Shown here piece by piece: positions 1-11,091 of a stretch of DNA of 32,783 nt. Under the pieces are notes generated by a model. It did no database searches and had not been told where the DNA came from. It saw nothing but the letters and a program-made list of their open reading frames with translations. Position 1 is the stretch's first letter. Every line of letters begins with the position of its first letter. Origin of the DNA: Nemertoderma westbladi (Eukaryota; Animalia; Xenacoelomorpha); contig JAUCBJ010001365.1 of NCBI GenBank assembly GCA_032718475.1, positions 1-32,783 on the forward strand, read 5' to 3'. A program made the position numbers and the translations under genes.

Positions 1-504
1 TTTGACAGTTAGGTTGACTACTTCATAAACAATCAGGCTTCTCCCTTGTAAGAACATGAAAGTCATAAACCGCACCATAAGCGGCAAAACAGCAGAATGA
101 GGTTCCAGTCAGGCCGTACCTAGCAGTTCCAAGAAAAACATGACGCCATGGCTCGTTGCTGGTCAACAACCAATAAAAGCTCTGTTGAAAAATAGCTTTT
201 AATGGTTGATTACTTTAGGTGTATACCAGAACCGGACACGGCGGGGCGTGTGGAGTAGGGGACAGAGTTTAGTGGGAATAAAATGCGTATTTTAGGACAC
301 AAAGGCTTTAACAAAAATAATAAGAGTCTCTTAATATGTAATATAATTTTTACTGTATGTTGAATTTTCTCTAACTACAGTATTACGATTACAATTATTA
401 GCAAATATGTCCCGTATGCATATTAACAATTGGGGTGTCGTCTCAGCCTATTTTAACATATTTTAATTTCGATATTCACAATTTAGGTACCTTTTAAAGG
501 AAAG

Positions 505-860
505 TAGCAGAATGGCCACGACGATGCGCTGAAGTAGGGACCTGTGGGAGCGTGGCTCATGCGTCACGGTATGGAGATGGGACCCGATCTCCTGGAGGAT
601 GTCTCCGGACCGGGGCGGCCGAGGGTCTTGCGTCTTGAACGCAAAAGGGTGGAATATATGCCCCTGATCCACCACCTCTACATACGTCATGTTCTTCCCC
701 TACTCGGCTCCTCCTGCAACACGACCCCCTGCAATTAGGGTGTGTTGGCAGTGACTAGGGGCAAGGGGGTAAAACACCACTGTCAACCCTGGGACCAAGG
801 CACAAGTAAGTGTCTCTCCGTCTACACGCTCCCCGTCGTTGCGGCAGAGTCCTGATGGTC
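505..860 (-). mobile_element. Decayed restriction-like endonuclease domain of a CRE/NeSL-type non-LTR retrotransposon
   Basis: Minus-strand translation GPSGLCRNDGERVDG...LAPSH...AE*GK..Y...HIFHPFAFKT...LQEIGSHLHTVTHEPRSHRSLLQRIVVAI resembles the CRE RLE pattern (EPxGLxRxDGKRPDG...PIAVETLG...EPRSxxFLxQRISVAI). GC-rich island with a stop codon. Confidence 0.7.
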
Positions 861-1054
861 CTAGATCTCTATACAGTACAATATACGTAGAATATCTCTA
901 TTGGAATCTCTATAGAATACTAAGCAAATTTAGTGCCAGCGGCCAAGAGTAGGTCTAATGACCACCGGTTTATAAGTACAAACGTCCCACTAATTTAGTG
1001 GGCTGCTGCAGCTTACTGTTGTATTTATAATAGGTCATGGTAGGCGATAGTTCT

Positions 1055-1130
1055 ATATAGTATAATATAATATAAATATAATATAAATATAAATATAATA
1101 TAAATATAATATAAATAATATAAGTATTAT
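1055..1130. repeat. AT-rich microsatellite (ATATA/AATAT)n
   Basis: Seen directly in the sequence. Confidence 0.85.
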
Positions 1131-1181
1131 ATTCGTAAAATTGGCCGATAAAGTAGGTCGATAAATCAATGGGAAGTGGGT

Positions 1182-1816
1182 CAATACAAAACACAGAAAA
1201 ACAAACAAAACACACACAAGAACACACAAAAACAAACAAAAACAAATAAAACACACAAAAACACACAAAAACAAACAAAAACACACAAAAACAAATAAAA
1301 CACACAAAAACAAATAAAAACATACAAAACACACAAAAAGAAACGAAAACACACAAAAACACACAAAAACAAATAAACAAAAACACACACACACAAACAA
1401 ACAAAAGCAAACAAAAACACAAAAACAAACACAAATAAACAAAAACACACACAAACAAACAAAAGCAAACAAAACACACAAAAACAAACAAAAGACACAT
1501 AAAGAAACAAAACACACAAAAACAAACAAAAACACACAAAAACAAACAGAAACACACAAAAACATACAATTCACACAAAAACACACAAAAACATACAATT
1601 CACACAAAACAAACAAAAACACACAAAAACACACAAAAACACACAAAAACAAACAAAGACACACAAAAACAAACAAAGACACACAAAAACAAACAAAAAC
1701 ACACAAAAACAAATAAAAACACACAAAAACAAACAAAGACACACAAAAACAAACAAAAACACACAAAAACAAATAAAAACAAACAAAAACAAACAAAAAC
1801 ATATAAAACACACAAA
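1182..1816. repeat. ~10-bp-unit satellite (AAAAACACAC/AAAAACAAAC)n
   Basis: Seen directly; explains the spurious C/V/F/L-rich minus-strand ORFs. Confidence 0.95.
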
Positions 1817-2493
1817 TTATAATAACTATTTACATTATTGTATGAAAAGTAGCACTATTAGTGTTTATTACTCTTGTACAGTATATTTATGTGAAAAACA
1901 GTTCAATTTATTTTGTAACACAATATCGCAATCGCTCTATTTTTTATTAAAGAATTAAGCAACAATGAAGTACCAATTTAAGAATAAAATTACGTAGACC
2001 TATTACATATGGAAAAAAAACTTAGAACATATAAGCAGTGAGGTTTATAACTGGTCTTGCTTTCCCATGTCTGCATGTAACAAATAATTAGTTTTACAAC
2101 GGCCATTCAATTCAACCATAATTTGGCACCTTTGGACCCAACTCTTACAAAAAAATGCAGTATAATATTTCTTTACACAATTATTATTATTTGCAATATC
2201 CGGACACCATAATAATATTACGCATAGGATAGGGAATATGAAATACAGACACAGTGTGTATAATGATAAAGTATGAATGAATCGAGCTAGTACTGTAGTT
2301 TCAGATTCAGGGAGAATTCACTGTGACGTCAACATATGATGTATCAGATGACAGGATGATGGTAGTCATAAATCGAGTATATTTTTCTTCCAGGAAGAGT
2401 TATTCTCACCAAGCTTGGAAAGAGATGTTGGGGAAACGCAACCACTGTCCACTGTAATAATCGCAGTTTGCGCAATTTATCAAAGGCATCATC

Positions 2494-2875
2494 ATTTGAA
2501 GCTTCGCACTGTTTACAATATATGTGTTCCTCGTGATATTGTATATGAAATAATGAGAGAAGAGTACCCGGATGTGCTGGAAAAACGACGACTAGAAAAC
2601 CGTAAACGAAGCTTCAAATTCATGGCTCTATATCCTAAATGTTTTCCAGGACCCTCCATCTCCTTCTTTAAAGCCTTGCGAATAGTTTGAATATCAACAT
2701 TATAATTGATGTAACTGATTTCAAAAAACTTCAGACGCCGATCCAAACTTCTCATTGACCAAGGATACTGACCAAATTTAGATTTTGCTGCAGGCAGCAA
2801 CTCTTTTCTAGACCAATTTTGCGCAACAGCTTCACTGAGAAATGATTTTAAACCATAATCACTATTCCATGCCAT
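2494..2875 (-). pseudogene. N-terminal fragment of a transposon-derived integrase-core-family protein (invertebrate 'GPGxxLGYRAM' type); segment 2494-2619 inverted
   Basis: Minus ORF ...WSMRSLDRRLKFFEI...EMEGPGKHLGYRAMNLKLR continues on the + strand as LKLRTVYNICVPRDIVYEIMREEYPDVLEKRR. The DDE core is absent. Confidence 0.65.
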
Positions 2876-3299
2876 TATTAGCAGAAACCCTTAAATTACC
2901 TACCGTCCCGGGCCTGATCACTGCTGCCGCATTGTACCTACAAGATTTGTATGTAGGCCTACTGATGTAGGCTCGTAGCTTGAATTTCAGTACCGGAATA
3001 CTGAAACTAATCTCGAACTACAGGATACTGGAAGCCTACCGGTACAGCAAAACAGTATGTTAGTTAATGATACTGCAGGAAATACACATTTTGGCAGCTG
3101 TAGGCCATGTTTCCATGTGTTTGAAAGTATTTGGCAGCAGTCGGCCACGTGTGAATTCAATTTTACTTTGCAATTTTTTTTTCTATTTCGCTGTGGCCGA
3201 GTACTGCCACCTATACAGTATAATATAACTGCAGTGGTTAGTATTAAATGAATACCTGGCAGCTGTAGGCCACGGTGGTTTAAGAAAAAAATTTAACAT

Positions 3300-3515
3300 A
3301 TTTTTTTATTGAATTTTTTTTATTGAATTTTTTTATTGAATTTTTTTGTAATTTTTTTTATTGAAATTTTTTTTATTGAATTTTTTTATTGAATTTTTTT
3401 ATTGAATTTTTTTTTATTGAATTTTTTTTTAATTTTTTTTATTGAATTTTTTATTGAAATTTTTTATTGAAATTTTTTATTGAAATTTTTTTTATTGAAT
3501 TTTTTTATTGATTTT
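3300..3515. repeat. Minisatellite (T)nATTGAA(A), ~12-15 bp unit
   Basis: Seen directly. Confidence 0.9.
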
Positions 3516-3756
3516 TTAACCGATTATTTTTATTAGACATTGATGGTTTATGTGGCAGCAGTCGGCCACCATAGACTATGCCTATTTCAGCAATAATTAT
3601 TTGCGTTTTGGATTACAATTAAGTACATCCACACCATACAGACAAACATGCATACAAACAGGCATACAAACAGACAACAACCCAAACCACAATGATAATT
3701 CTGTAATTAATTATCGTTCAGATTCAGGTTTGCAGGCATTTCATTTATGTGCCGTA

Positions 3757-3835
3757 TGTTTTTGTGTGTTTTTGTGTGTTTTTGTGCGTTTTTGTGTGTT
3801 TTTGTGTGTTTTTGTGTGTTTTTGTGTGTTTTTGG
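3757..3835. repeat. (TTTTTGTGTG)n satellite, reverse complement of the 1182-1816 array unit
   Basis: Seen directly. Confidence 0.9.
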
Positions 3836-3863
3836 TGTAAATAGACGTCCCCACAAAAACCTA

Positions 3864-3877
3864 CTTTGCCAGCCCTG
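3864..3877 (-). mobile_element. Putative hAT-like terminal inverted repeat (CAGGGCTGGCAAAG) truncating BEL pol
   Basis: CAGGG-starting end lies exactly where RT homology begins (3878); the partner TIR was not found. Confidence 0.4.
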
Positions 3878-6853
3878 CGTATTAAACGCTGCCAACCGCC
3901 ACCGGGGGGTAGCGCTTAACGATAAGCTTTATTCAGGACCGGACTTGTTAAACACCTTGGCGGGAGTTCTCATGCGATTCCGGCAAAACAAAATCGCATT
4001 CGCCGCCGATATTAAAGCGATGTACCACCAAATTCGTGTACCGGAACGGGATCAACGCTCACTGCGGTTTCTCTGGCGCCATAGCGTTACCGAACCGATA
4101 CTCACTTATCAGATGACGGTTCAGGTATTCGGCGTTATCTGCTCCCAGGCGTGCGCGTGTTACGCGTTGAGGTCTGCCGTCCTGGATGACCCGTGCCCCC
4201 CGGACATACGGCGCGCGGTCCTGGAATCCTTTTACTCGGACGACCTATTGGGATCGACAGCCGAGACCGCACAGGCCATTGCGTTAGTGAGCGGGCTACG
4301 GGAACGACTCAAGGATTATGGGATGCACCTCGTAAAGTGGGCCAGTAGTTGGCGGGAACTACTCGGGACCGTACCGTCGGAGGAGCGGGCAACGCCAACC
4401 ATCGACTTGGCCGGGGACGACTTACCAACGGATCGAGCGCTTGGGATTAGTTGGGAAATGGAAGCGGATGTGATTAGATTCGACTTCGTGGGAGTTAGCG
4501 AGGAGGGTTCGAAACGGGAAATTCTGTCCACAATAAGTTCTATTTTCGATCCACTAGGATTCCTCGTTCCCGTAATATTCGTTGCTAAATGTATCATGCA
4601 GAAACTCTGGTCGTTAAAGATGGATTGGGACAAACCTGTACCGAATGAGGTTCTCGAGATATGGCTGGGATGGAAAGACGATGCGCAAAATCTGTCGGGC
4701 CTGAGAATTCCCCGATGGTACGAAACGGGACTCTCAGGGTTAGCGGTGGACCGCGAGATCCACGTTTTCTGCGACGCATCCGAAGAAGGCTTCGCGTGTG
4801 TGGCGTATGTTCGTTCGGAACTCAGCGACAAGTCGGCGCGATGCTCCTTCATTGCGGGGAAGAGCAGGTTGGCGCCAATGAAACGACTGTCCATACCTCG
4901 ACTGGAACTCCAGGCGGCGGTGCTGGGGATCCGCTTAGCTGAGACTTTAAGGGGAGAGAGAGCTAAGGATGGTAGTTTCCCGAACTGTCTATTGGTCTGA
5001 TTCCACAACGGTGCTGCGGTGGATAGGAAATCCTTCTAGGCGTTTCCACACCTTCGTCGGGAATCGGGTTGCCGAAATCATGGATTCGTCGGAACGGATG
5101 GATTGGCGGCATGTACCGGGGGATCTTAATCCGGCGGATGACGGGACGAGGGGACTCGCGGCCGCCGAGCTAGTTGAGTCGAGCCGATGGTTCCAAGGAC
5201 CGCCATTCTTACGAACCGAATCACGAAATTGGCCCGTGTCGCCAATTATTAAGGAGGACGATACAGATCCCGAGATCAAACTTTGTGGGGCCTCGTTTCG
5301 CTCGTCTGGTCGGGCAGGGGCGGTTATTGACTTACGGCGGTATTCTTGCTATCGCCAGGCGCTGAGGAGGGTTGCGTGGGTGATGCGGTTCATCCACAAC
5401 ATCAAACGGGGGGACCGATCGACTCGACATTCCGGACCCCTCTCAGTCGACGAACTAGAGGATGCGAAGATCGGAATGATAAAGGGTGATCAATCCGAAT
5501 TCTTCGCAGAAGAGGTTGAGCGAATCCATGCGGGGAAGGAGATTCATCGAAACAGTCCCCTAAGTAAACTCCAACCGTGGTTATTGGGGAACGGGCTTCT
5601 GCGAGTCGGAGGTCGATTATATAATGCGGATATAAGCGAGGAAGCGAAACACCCAGTCGTCCTCGCGCACGGCAGTCCTTTAGCGAGACTGTTGATCTGG
5701 GAGGCGCACGAACGGTTAGGACATAGCGGGGTTGAGGCGGTGCTGGCGGAAATACGCGAAGCCTACTGGATAACGCGGGGGCGAGCCACAATAAAGGGAG
5801 TCTTGCATGGTTGTTATCCATGCCGATGTCGGCTGTTACGTCGGCCGGCGACCCCTTTAATGGCCCCACTGCCTAAGGAGAGGGTCGACTCGAACGCACC
5901 TGCTTTCTATTATACGGCGGTCGACTACTTCGGACCGATCAATGTCACACAGGGCCGGTCGACTGTGAAGCGCTACGGGGCGCTGTTCACGTGTCTCGTC
6001 ACCCGAGCGGTCCATCTCGAGGTAGCTTTCGGCCTTGCGACGGATACATTCCTCATGGCGCTACGCCGATTCATGGCGAGACGTGGGAAACCCGGGGTTA
6101 TATATTCTGACAACGGTACAAACTTTCAAGGGGCGGATAACGAACTAAAGCGGTGCCTACGGGAAATGGAGGAAGGTGAGGAAGGACTGGCCGCGGGAAT
6201 GGTAGATTATGAGGTTAAGTGGAAATTAATCGGGCCGTTGAGTCCTCATTTCGGCGGGGTGTGGGAGAGGCTTGTTCGTTCAGTAAAGGATATCATGGTG
6301 GCGGTCCTAGGATCTCAGCGGATACATGATGACACGTTGGCCACCGTATTCGCTGAAATAGAGGCGATATTAAATAATCGCCCTCTCACCCCTGCGAGCG
6401 ATAGCGCTGACGACTGTACGGCGTTGACCCCGGCGCACTTTCTGATGGGGCCGACGGTACACGCAGAAGTGTCCCGGCGTGTTCACGCACGCGGATACGA
6501 TAGGCAGGGTCAGGTGGCGGCAGGCCCAAGCGCTAGCGGAGGCGTTTAAAAGGCGATGGGTTAAGGAATATCTCCCGACGCTCACCGTGCGGAATAAGTG
6601 GAACCGTGATACCCCTAATCTCAGCGACGGGGATCTGGTGGTGGTCCTCTCCGCGGGGAAGCTAAAGGATACTTATGAACTGGGGCGGATCGTAGAGACA
6701 CATCCTAGCGCAGACGGGCGAGTAAGGACGGTAACTGTACGCACCCCGAGTGGCATATATAAGCGGCCGGTCGCCATGATCGCTTTACTGGAAGCGTGTG
6801 CAGTTCGGGAACCGAACGGGGGGACTGTTAAGACGAATGGCCGCCCAAAGTAG
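3878..6853 (+). pseudogene. pol: BEL/Pao LTR retrotransposon pol (RT, RNase H, integrase, DUF5641-type C-terminus), 5'-truncated, two +1 frameshifts
   Basis: RT motifs LNDKLYSGPDL, ADIKAMYHQI, FYSDDLL; RNase H HVFCDASE, LSIPRLELQAA, YWSDST; integrase H-H-C-C plus VDYFGP / SDNGTNF / GGVWERLV; C-terminal WVKEYLPTLTVRNKW. Frameshifts at ~4955 (4-bp AG slippage) and ~6470. Confidence 0.96.
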
Positions 6854-7799
6854 ACTCCATGGGGAAATTAGTTTTAGCCTGATATTTATACTATTTATTT
6901 AATGCGTTATTTTTGATATGTGATTTGCTTTGTGTACTATCTATTTGGTGTACTATTTTTAGCTTGCAATTTATCCTATGTAATCCATGCGGTGTATTAT
7001 TTCGGCATATAATTTATTTGTGTCTTTAATTATTTATTTAGTGTATTATTTTTTGCCGTACAATCTATAACGTTGATCTATTTGTCGGGTGATTATTTTC
7101 GGCTTAGGGCTTGTTCTGTATTGATTTTGTTGGTGTGCGTACTTGTATATTGGTTGTGACGACATCTATTGGGTTGTGATTTTTATTGGTGGGCCGCGAG
7201 TTGATTATTGGGTACTATTTTTAGCTCGGTTATTACTGGTATGTACCTTTATACCTCGCCTGGGGCGGGCTCGGGTATTGCTTGGGGTGGGCGTGCTTAA
7301 CCGCTATATTGGATATGTAACCACGATTGGCTTCTGTAAAGTTGTAGGATAATATGTGGCCATTATTGCTCTTGTAAGTTTGATTGGAGGATTCCTTTCG
7401 GGAGAGGGGGGGTGTATTCAAGGCTTGGCTTTGTGACATTATTGCTTTGAATGTTGTAGCTAATAATAGCCTATGTTAGGATGGTTGAAGTTGTGTTACT
7501 CTATTGTTGCAAGGGTCAAACTGATTATAGCTTGTTTGCTTGTTTGCCTGTTGAGGTAATGTGCAGTTTGTTCGGTAATCTATTAACACCTTTTATATTG
7601 GTTGGATTTTGGTATATAAACTATAGTTATGGGATTCATTCTTCAGTAGCCTACGAACCCCAGCCAACTGTCATGCCATTTTAACTAAATGTTTTTTCGG
7701 TCACGGCCGGACCGGTAATTTTATTATTATTATTAATGCAATATCTGCGGCTAAATTTTTACTGTCTGATTGAAATTAAATAAAAATTAAACCTCTACA
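6826..7799 (+). mobile_element. 3' LTR of the BEL/Pao element (~970 bp)
   Basis: PPT AACGGGGGGAC is followed directly by TGTTAAG. AATAAA at ~7779 and a ...CTACA end at 7799, after which unrelated sequence starts. The end is inferred because no second LTR copy is available. Confidence 0.75.
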
Positions 7800-8384
7800 C
7801 TGAACGTATGAACGTACACGGGGACAGGGTGACATTTCCCCATTACAGTATCGGCAGTATAGACAACCAAGAACAAAGAGGATTCGACGAAGAGAGTGGG
7901 GTGGGAGGTAGGACGAGCTAGAGGGGGGAAGATGGAAGGGTGCCTGGTGGAGGAGTGGCCCTTAGGTTGCTGAGTGGTCCAATAGGTTGGACAGAAAAGG
8001 CTACTGACGCGCCGACGTGAAGGTGTAGGTAGTTAAAGAGAAACATACGCACTGAGGTAAACTGAGGGCGTCACGTGCGGGTATGCAAGGGGGGTATGTA
8101 CGCATACCGTTGGATATCAGAAGTTGGGATAACCAAGTAGAGTATGGAGAGGGAGAAACCTGTGGGCATTGAGGACATCAGGTGACCAGAAACGAGAAGG
8201 GTTAGAGGAAGAGAGTGGGGCGGAAAGTGAGGCGATCTAGAGGAGGAAAATGGGAGAGATGAGAAGGGTACAGGGGGTGCATTGAACTGAGCAGGGCACG
8301 GGCGTGATGACGTGTTTGATGCAAGAGCAGGGTATGTTAATTAGGGTGGGTGCTGGGCACAAGAGGTGCCGGGCCCAAGAATTT

Positions 8385-8470
8385 AGTGGAGTTAGTTGAG
8401 TTAGTAAGAGTTAGTAGTAGAGTTAGTTGAGTTAGTAAGAGTTAGTAGAGTTAGTAAGAGTTAGTAGTTG
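8385..8470. repeat. (GAGTTAGTA/GAGTTAGTT)n simple repeat; also at ~9785-9930
   Basis: Seen directly. Confidence 0.85.
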
Positions 8471-8863
8471 TTCACATAATTAACATACCCACTTTTACGA
8501 CACTCAGAGTGTTACGTGCAGGCGAGAAGATGTAAAGGGGATAAGATGTAAAGGTAGATGTAGAGGAGATAAGATGTAGATAGATTAGAGGAAGTAGATG
8601 CAGAGATAGATGTGGAGGAAGTAGATAGAGATGGGAGAGATGCGTGATGGAGGGTGGCCCATAGATTGTTGAGTGGTCCAGTGGGTTGGACGGAAAAGGG
8701 TACGGACGTGCCGGGGTGTGTGCGTGGGGGTGTGGGTGGTTGAGCGTTACATTCTACCTAGGTTAACATGGCTCCTAAGGTAACTTAGCATACGCACCTT
8801 TGACGGCACTGAGGGCGTCACGTACGGAATTGAGGGGGAGCATGTATACATAACCATAGTTGA

Positions 8864-9040
8864 AGGGTGCCAGGTAGTAGAGTAGTAGAGGCGGGCACAT
8901 AGGGTGCCAGGTAGTAGAGGCGGGCACATAGGGTGCCAGGTAGTAGAGTAGTAGAGGCGGGCACATAGGGTGCCAGTTAGTAGAGTAGTAGAGGTGGGCA
9001 CATAGGGTGCCAGGTAGTAGAGTAGTAGAGAGGGCACAAA
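8864..9040. repeat. ~29-37 bp minisatellite AGGGTGCCAGGTAGTAGAG(TAGTAGAG)GCGGGCACAT, about 5 copies
   Basis: Seen directly. Confidence 0.9.
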
Positions 9041-9129
9041 GCGAGGGGGGTGGGTATGTATACATGCCATAGCAGAAGAGTATGGAAAGTGCGGAAACTG
9101 TGGGCGCTGAGGGCATCACGTAGTGAGCA

Positions 9130-9785
9130 GGAAGAGGGTAGGTAGTACCGTTAGTCGAGAGTAAGAGTGTATGCAGTACCGTTAGTTAGAGTTAGGGAGT
9201 AAGAGGGTACGTAGTACCGTTAGCTAGAGAGTTAGTAAGAGTAGTAAGAGGGTACGTAGTACCGTTAGCTAGAGAGTTAGTAAGAGGGTACGTAGTACCG
9301 TTAGTAGAGGAGTTAGTAAGAGTAGTAAGAGGGTACGTAGTACCGTTAGCTAGAGAGTTAGTAAGAGTAGTAAGAGGGTACGTAGTACCGTTAGCTAGAG
9401 GAGTTAGTAAGGGTAGTAAGAGGGTACGTAGTACCGTTAGCTAGAGATTTAGTAAGAGTTTTTTTTTTTTGGCTGCTTAGTGCTTTTTTTATTTTTATTG
9501 ACAAACTTGACAAATATATAAAAAGACACATAAAAGTTATAAAAAATAAGAAAAACCTCACCCACCACCAGGCTACTGTACAATGTTGCTTGGCTTAGCG
9601 GGAATTTCAAAATTAGTTTATTCTGGTATCAGCATTTGCCAATCGGATGGAGGCTTGGGCGATGTCCTGATTTAGTAAGAGTAGTAAGAGGGTACGTAGT
9701 ACCGTTAGTAGAAGAGTTAGTAAGAGGGTACGTGTAGTATCGTTAGGAGAGTTAGTAGTAAGAGGGTACGTAGTACCGTTAGTTA
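9130..9785. repeat. ~38-47 bp minisatellite with palindromic core GGTACGTAGTACC, interrupted by a retroposed insert
   Basis: Repeated AGTAAGAGGGTACGTAGTACCGTTAGCTAGAGAGTT units. Confidence 0.9.
9459..9668 (-). mobile_element. 5'-truncated non-LTR retroposed insertion with poly(A) tail and 13-bp TSD
   Basis: TSD GATTTAGTAAGAG at 9446-9458 and 9669-9681; T-run from 9459; AATAAA on the minus strand ~20-25 nt before the tail. Confidence 0.85.
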
Positions 9786-11091
9786 CAGAGTTAGAGAGTT
9801 GGAGAGTTAGTAGAGGTAGGGAGTTAGTAGAGGTAGAGAGTCAGTAGAGTTAGAGAGTCAGTAGAGTTAGAGAGTCAGTAGAGTTAGTAGAGCTAGTGGA
9901 GTTAGTTGAGTTAGCAGTAAGAGAGTAGAGAGCACAATATACCGTAGAAGTAGTAGCTAGAAAAGGTAGATAGGATAATAGCACAGAACAGGGGGGCAAA
10001 TAGAGATAAAACAAAAAAAATTTAAATAACACTAAGAACATCAGGATCACCTCCGAACTACAGAAGAGCCTTCTAGGTGGCCTTCGAAGGTCTGGTAGAC
10101 CACCCAGGGCTGAAGGGCAAGTCGGTGTAATACAACAGCCGGCATATAGTAGACAGGGAGGTGGATACACATAACAGAGGTGGGAGAAGTTGGAAGCGGA
10201 TAGACTTGAGGAGAAGCGACTGGAAGAAGTCGCCACGCGAGAAAGGCGGAGAGAGAATTAAATGCGTCGTGTAGACGAGCATATAATATAATATATATAA
10301 TAACAATAATTATAATTATAATATAATAATTCATATATATATTATACAGTATGTAATATATTATTCCGTATGTACCGTAGTCAAGCACAACCTTTTTCCA
10401 ATTAGCTACTGGGACTGGGGACTAATTGACTAGGGCGACAGGACGGGACTTAGACGGCTCCCAGTAACATGGTGCACACATGTGTGGGACCCGATAAGTG
10501 TGTGGTCATTAAACAACAAGGCGGAGTTCAGGATTTATTGTGAAAGCTCGTATCCTGCGGGATAAGAATCGTGCAGATGGGCACTACCGGGATATGAGTA
10601 GGAAGGGCACTTGATGGGACCACAGGCGTGGAGAGTGAGGAGTATGAGAGGAGAACGCAAGAGAGATAGCGAGAGGTGGTTTTGAGGCGCGTGGAGAGAA
10701 TGCGAGTGCAATTCAAATTTGGGGGGGGGGGGGGGGGAGGAGTAAGAGGCAGAGTGAGGGACAAGGAGGTCCGAAAGTTAGAGTGGAAGTAGAGAGAAGT
10801 AGAGGAGAATCAGGGTGAGAGTGGAGAGAAGTTAGAGTGGAGTGGAGATAAAATTGTGTGAGAGAAACCCACAATTGTCTCAAACCGAGACGCCAGATGT
10901 CTTGGTGTAACATAGGTTGGAGTTGCACCAAGAGAGGGTAGTAATATCATACCCAGAGGGAGCGGCCTGGAAAGCCGACTCCAATTAAGATAACTCCACC
11001 CCACACCCGATGGTAGATCGGGTTCCAGCGGAATTGAAGCGCATTCGAAGGTGATGCTATCTTCTCACCGGGAAGATAGCATGGGGGGGAG

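Larger units (their letters stand above)
7800..11091 (+). mobile_element. Non-coding, repeat-rich internal region of a second BEL-like (non-autonomous) LTR element
   Basis: 7820-7878 matches gag-region 20573-20630; the region ends in PPT ATGGGGGGGAG abutting an LTR; strong G/A strand bias and no pol motifs. Confidence 0.5.

Noticed and set aside
1-150. Minus-strand MASCFSWNC resembling an L1/Tx1 APE start
   Set aside because: Immediately followed by a stop, with no further endonuclease motifs.
970-1815. Long hydrophobic C/V/F/L-rich ORFs
   Set aside because: Translations of a stop-free satellite.
2393-2493. Possible exon after a polypyrimidine-AG, faintly like a P2X7 C-terminal domain
   Set aside because: Similarity is too weak and needs frameshifts.
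3747-3877. N-terminus of the 417-aa ORF as a real protein start
   Set aside because: Satellite and transposon-end sequence fused in frame to pol by chance.
4316-6585. Antisense ORFs over pol
   Set aside because: Shadow ORFs of GC-rich coding sequence with no recognisable motifs.
9130-9460. CRISPR-like array with palindromic repeats
   Set aside because: Intervening sequences are repetitive rather than unique spacers; no cas genes; eukaryotic context.
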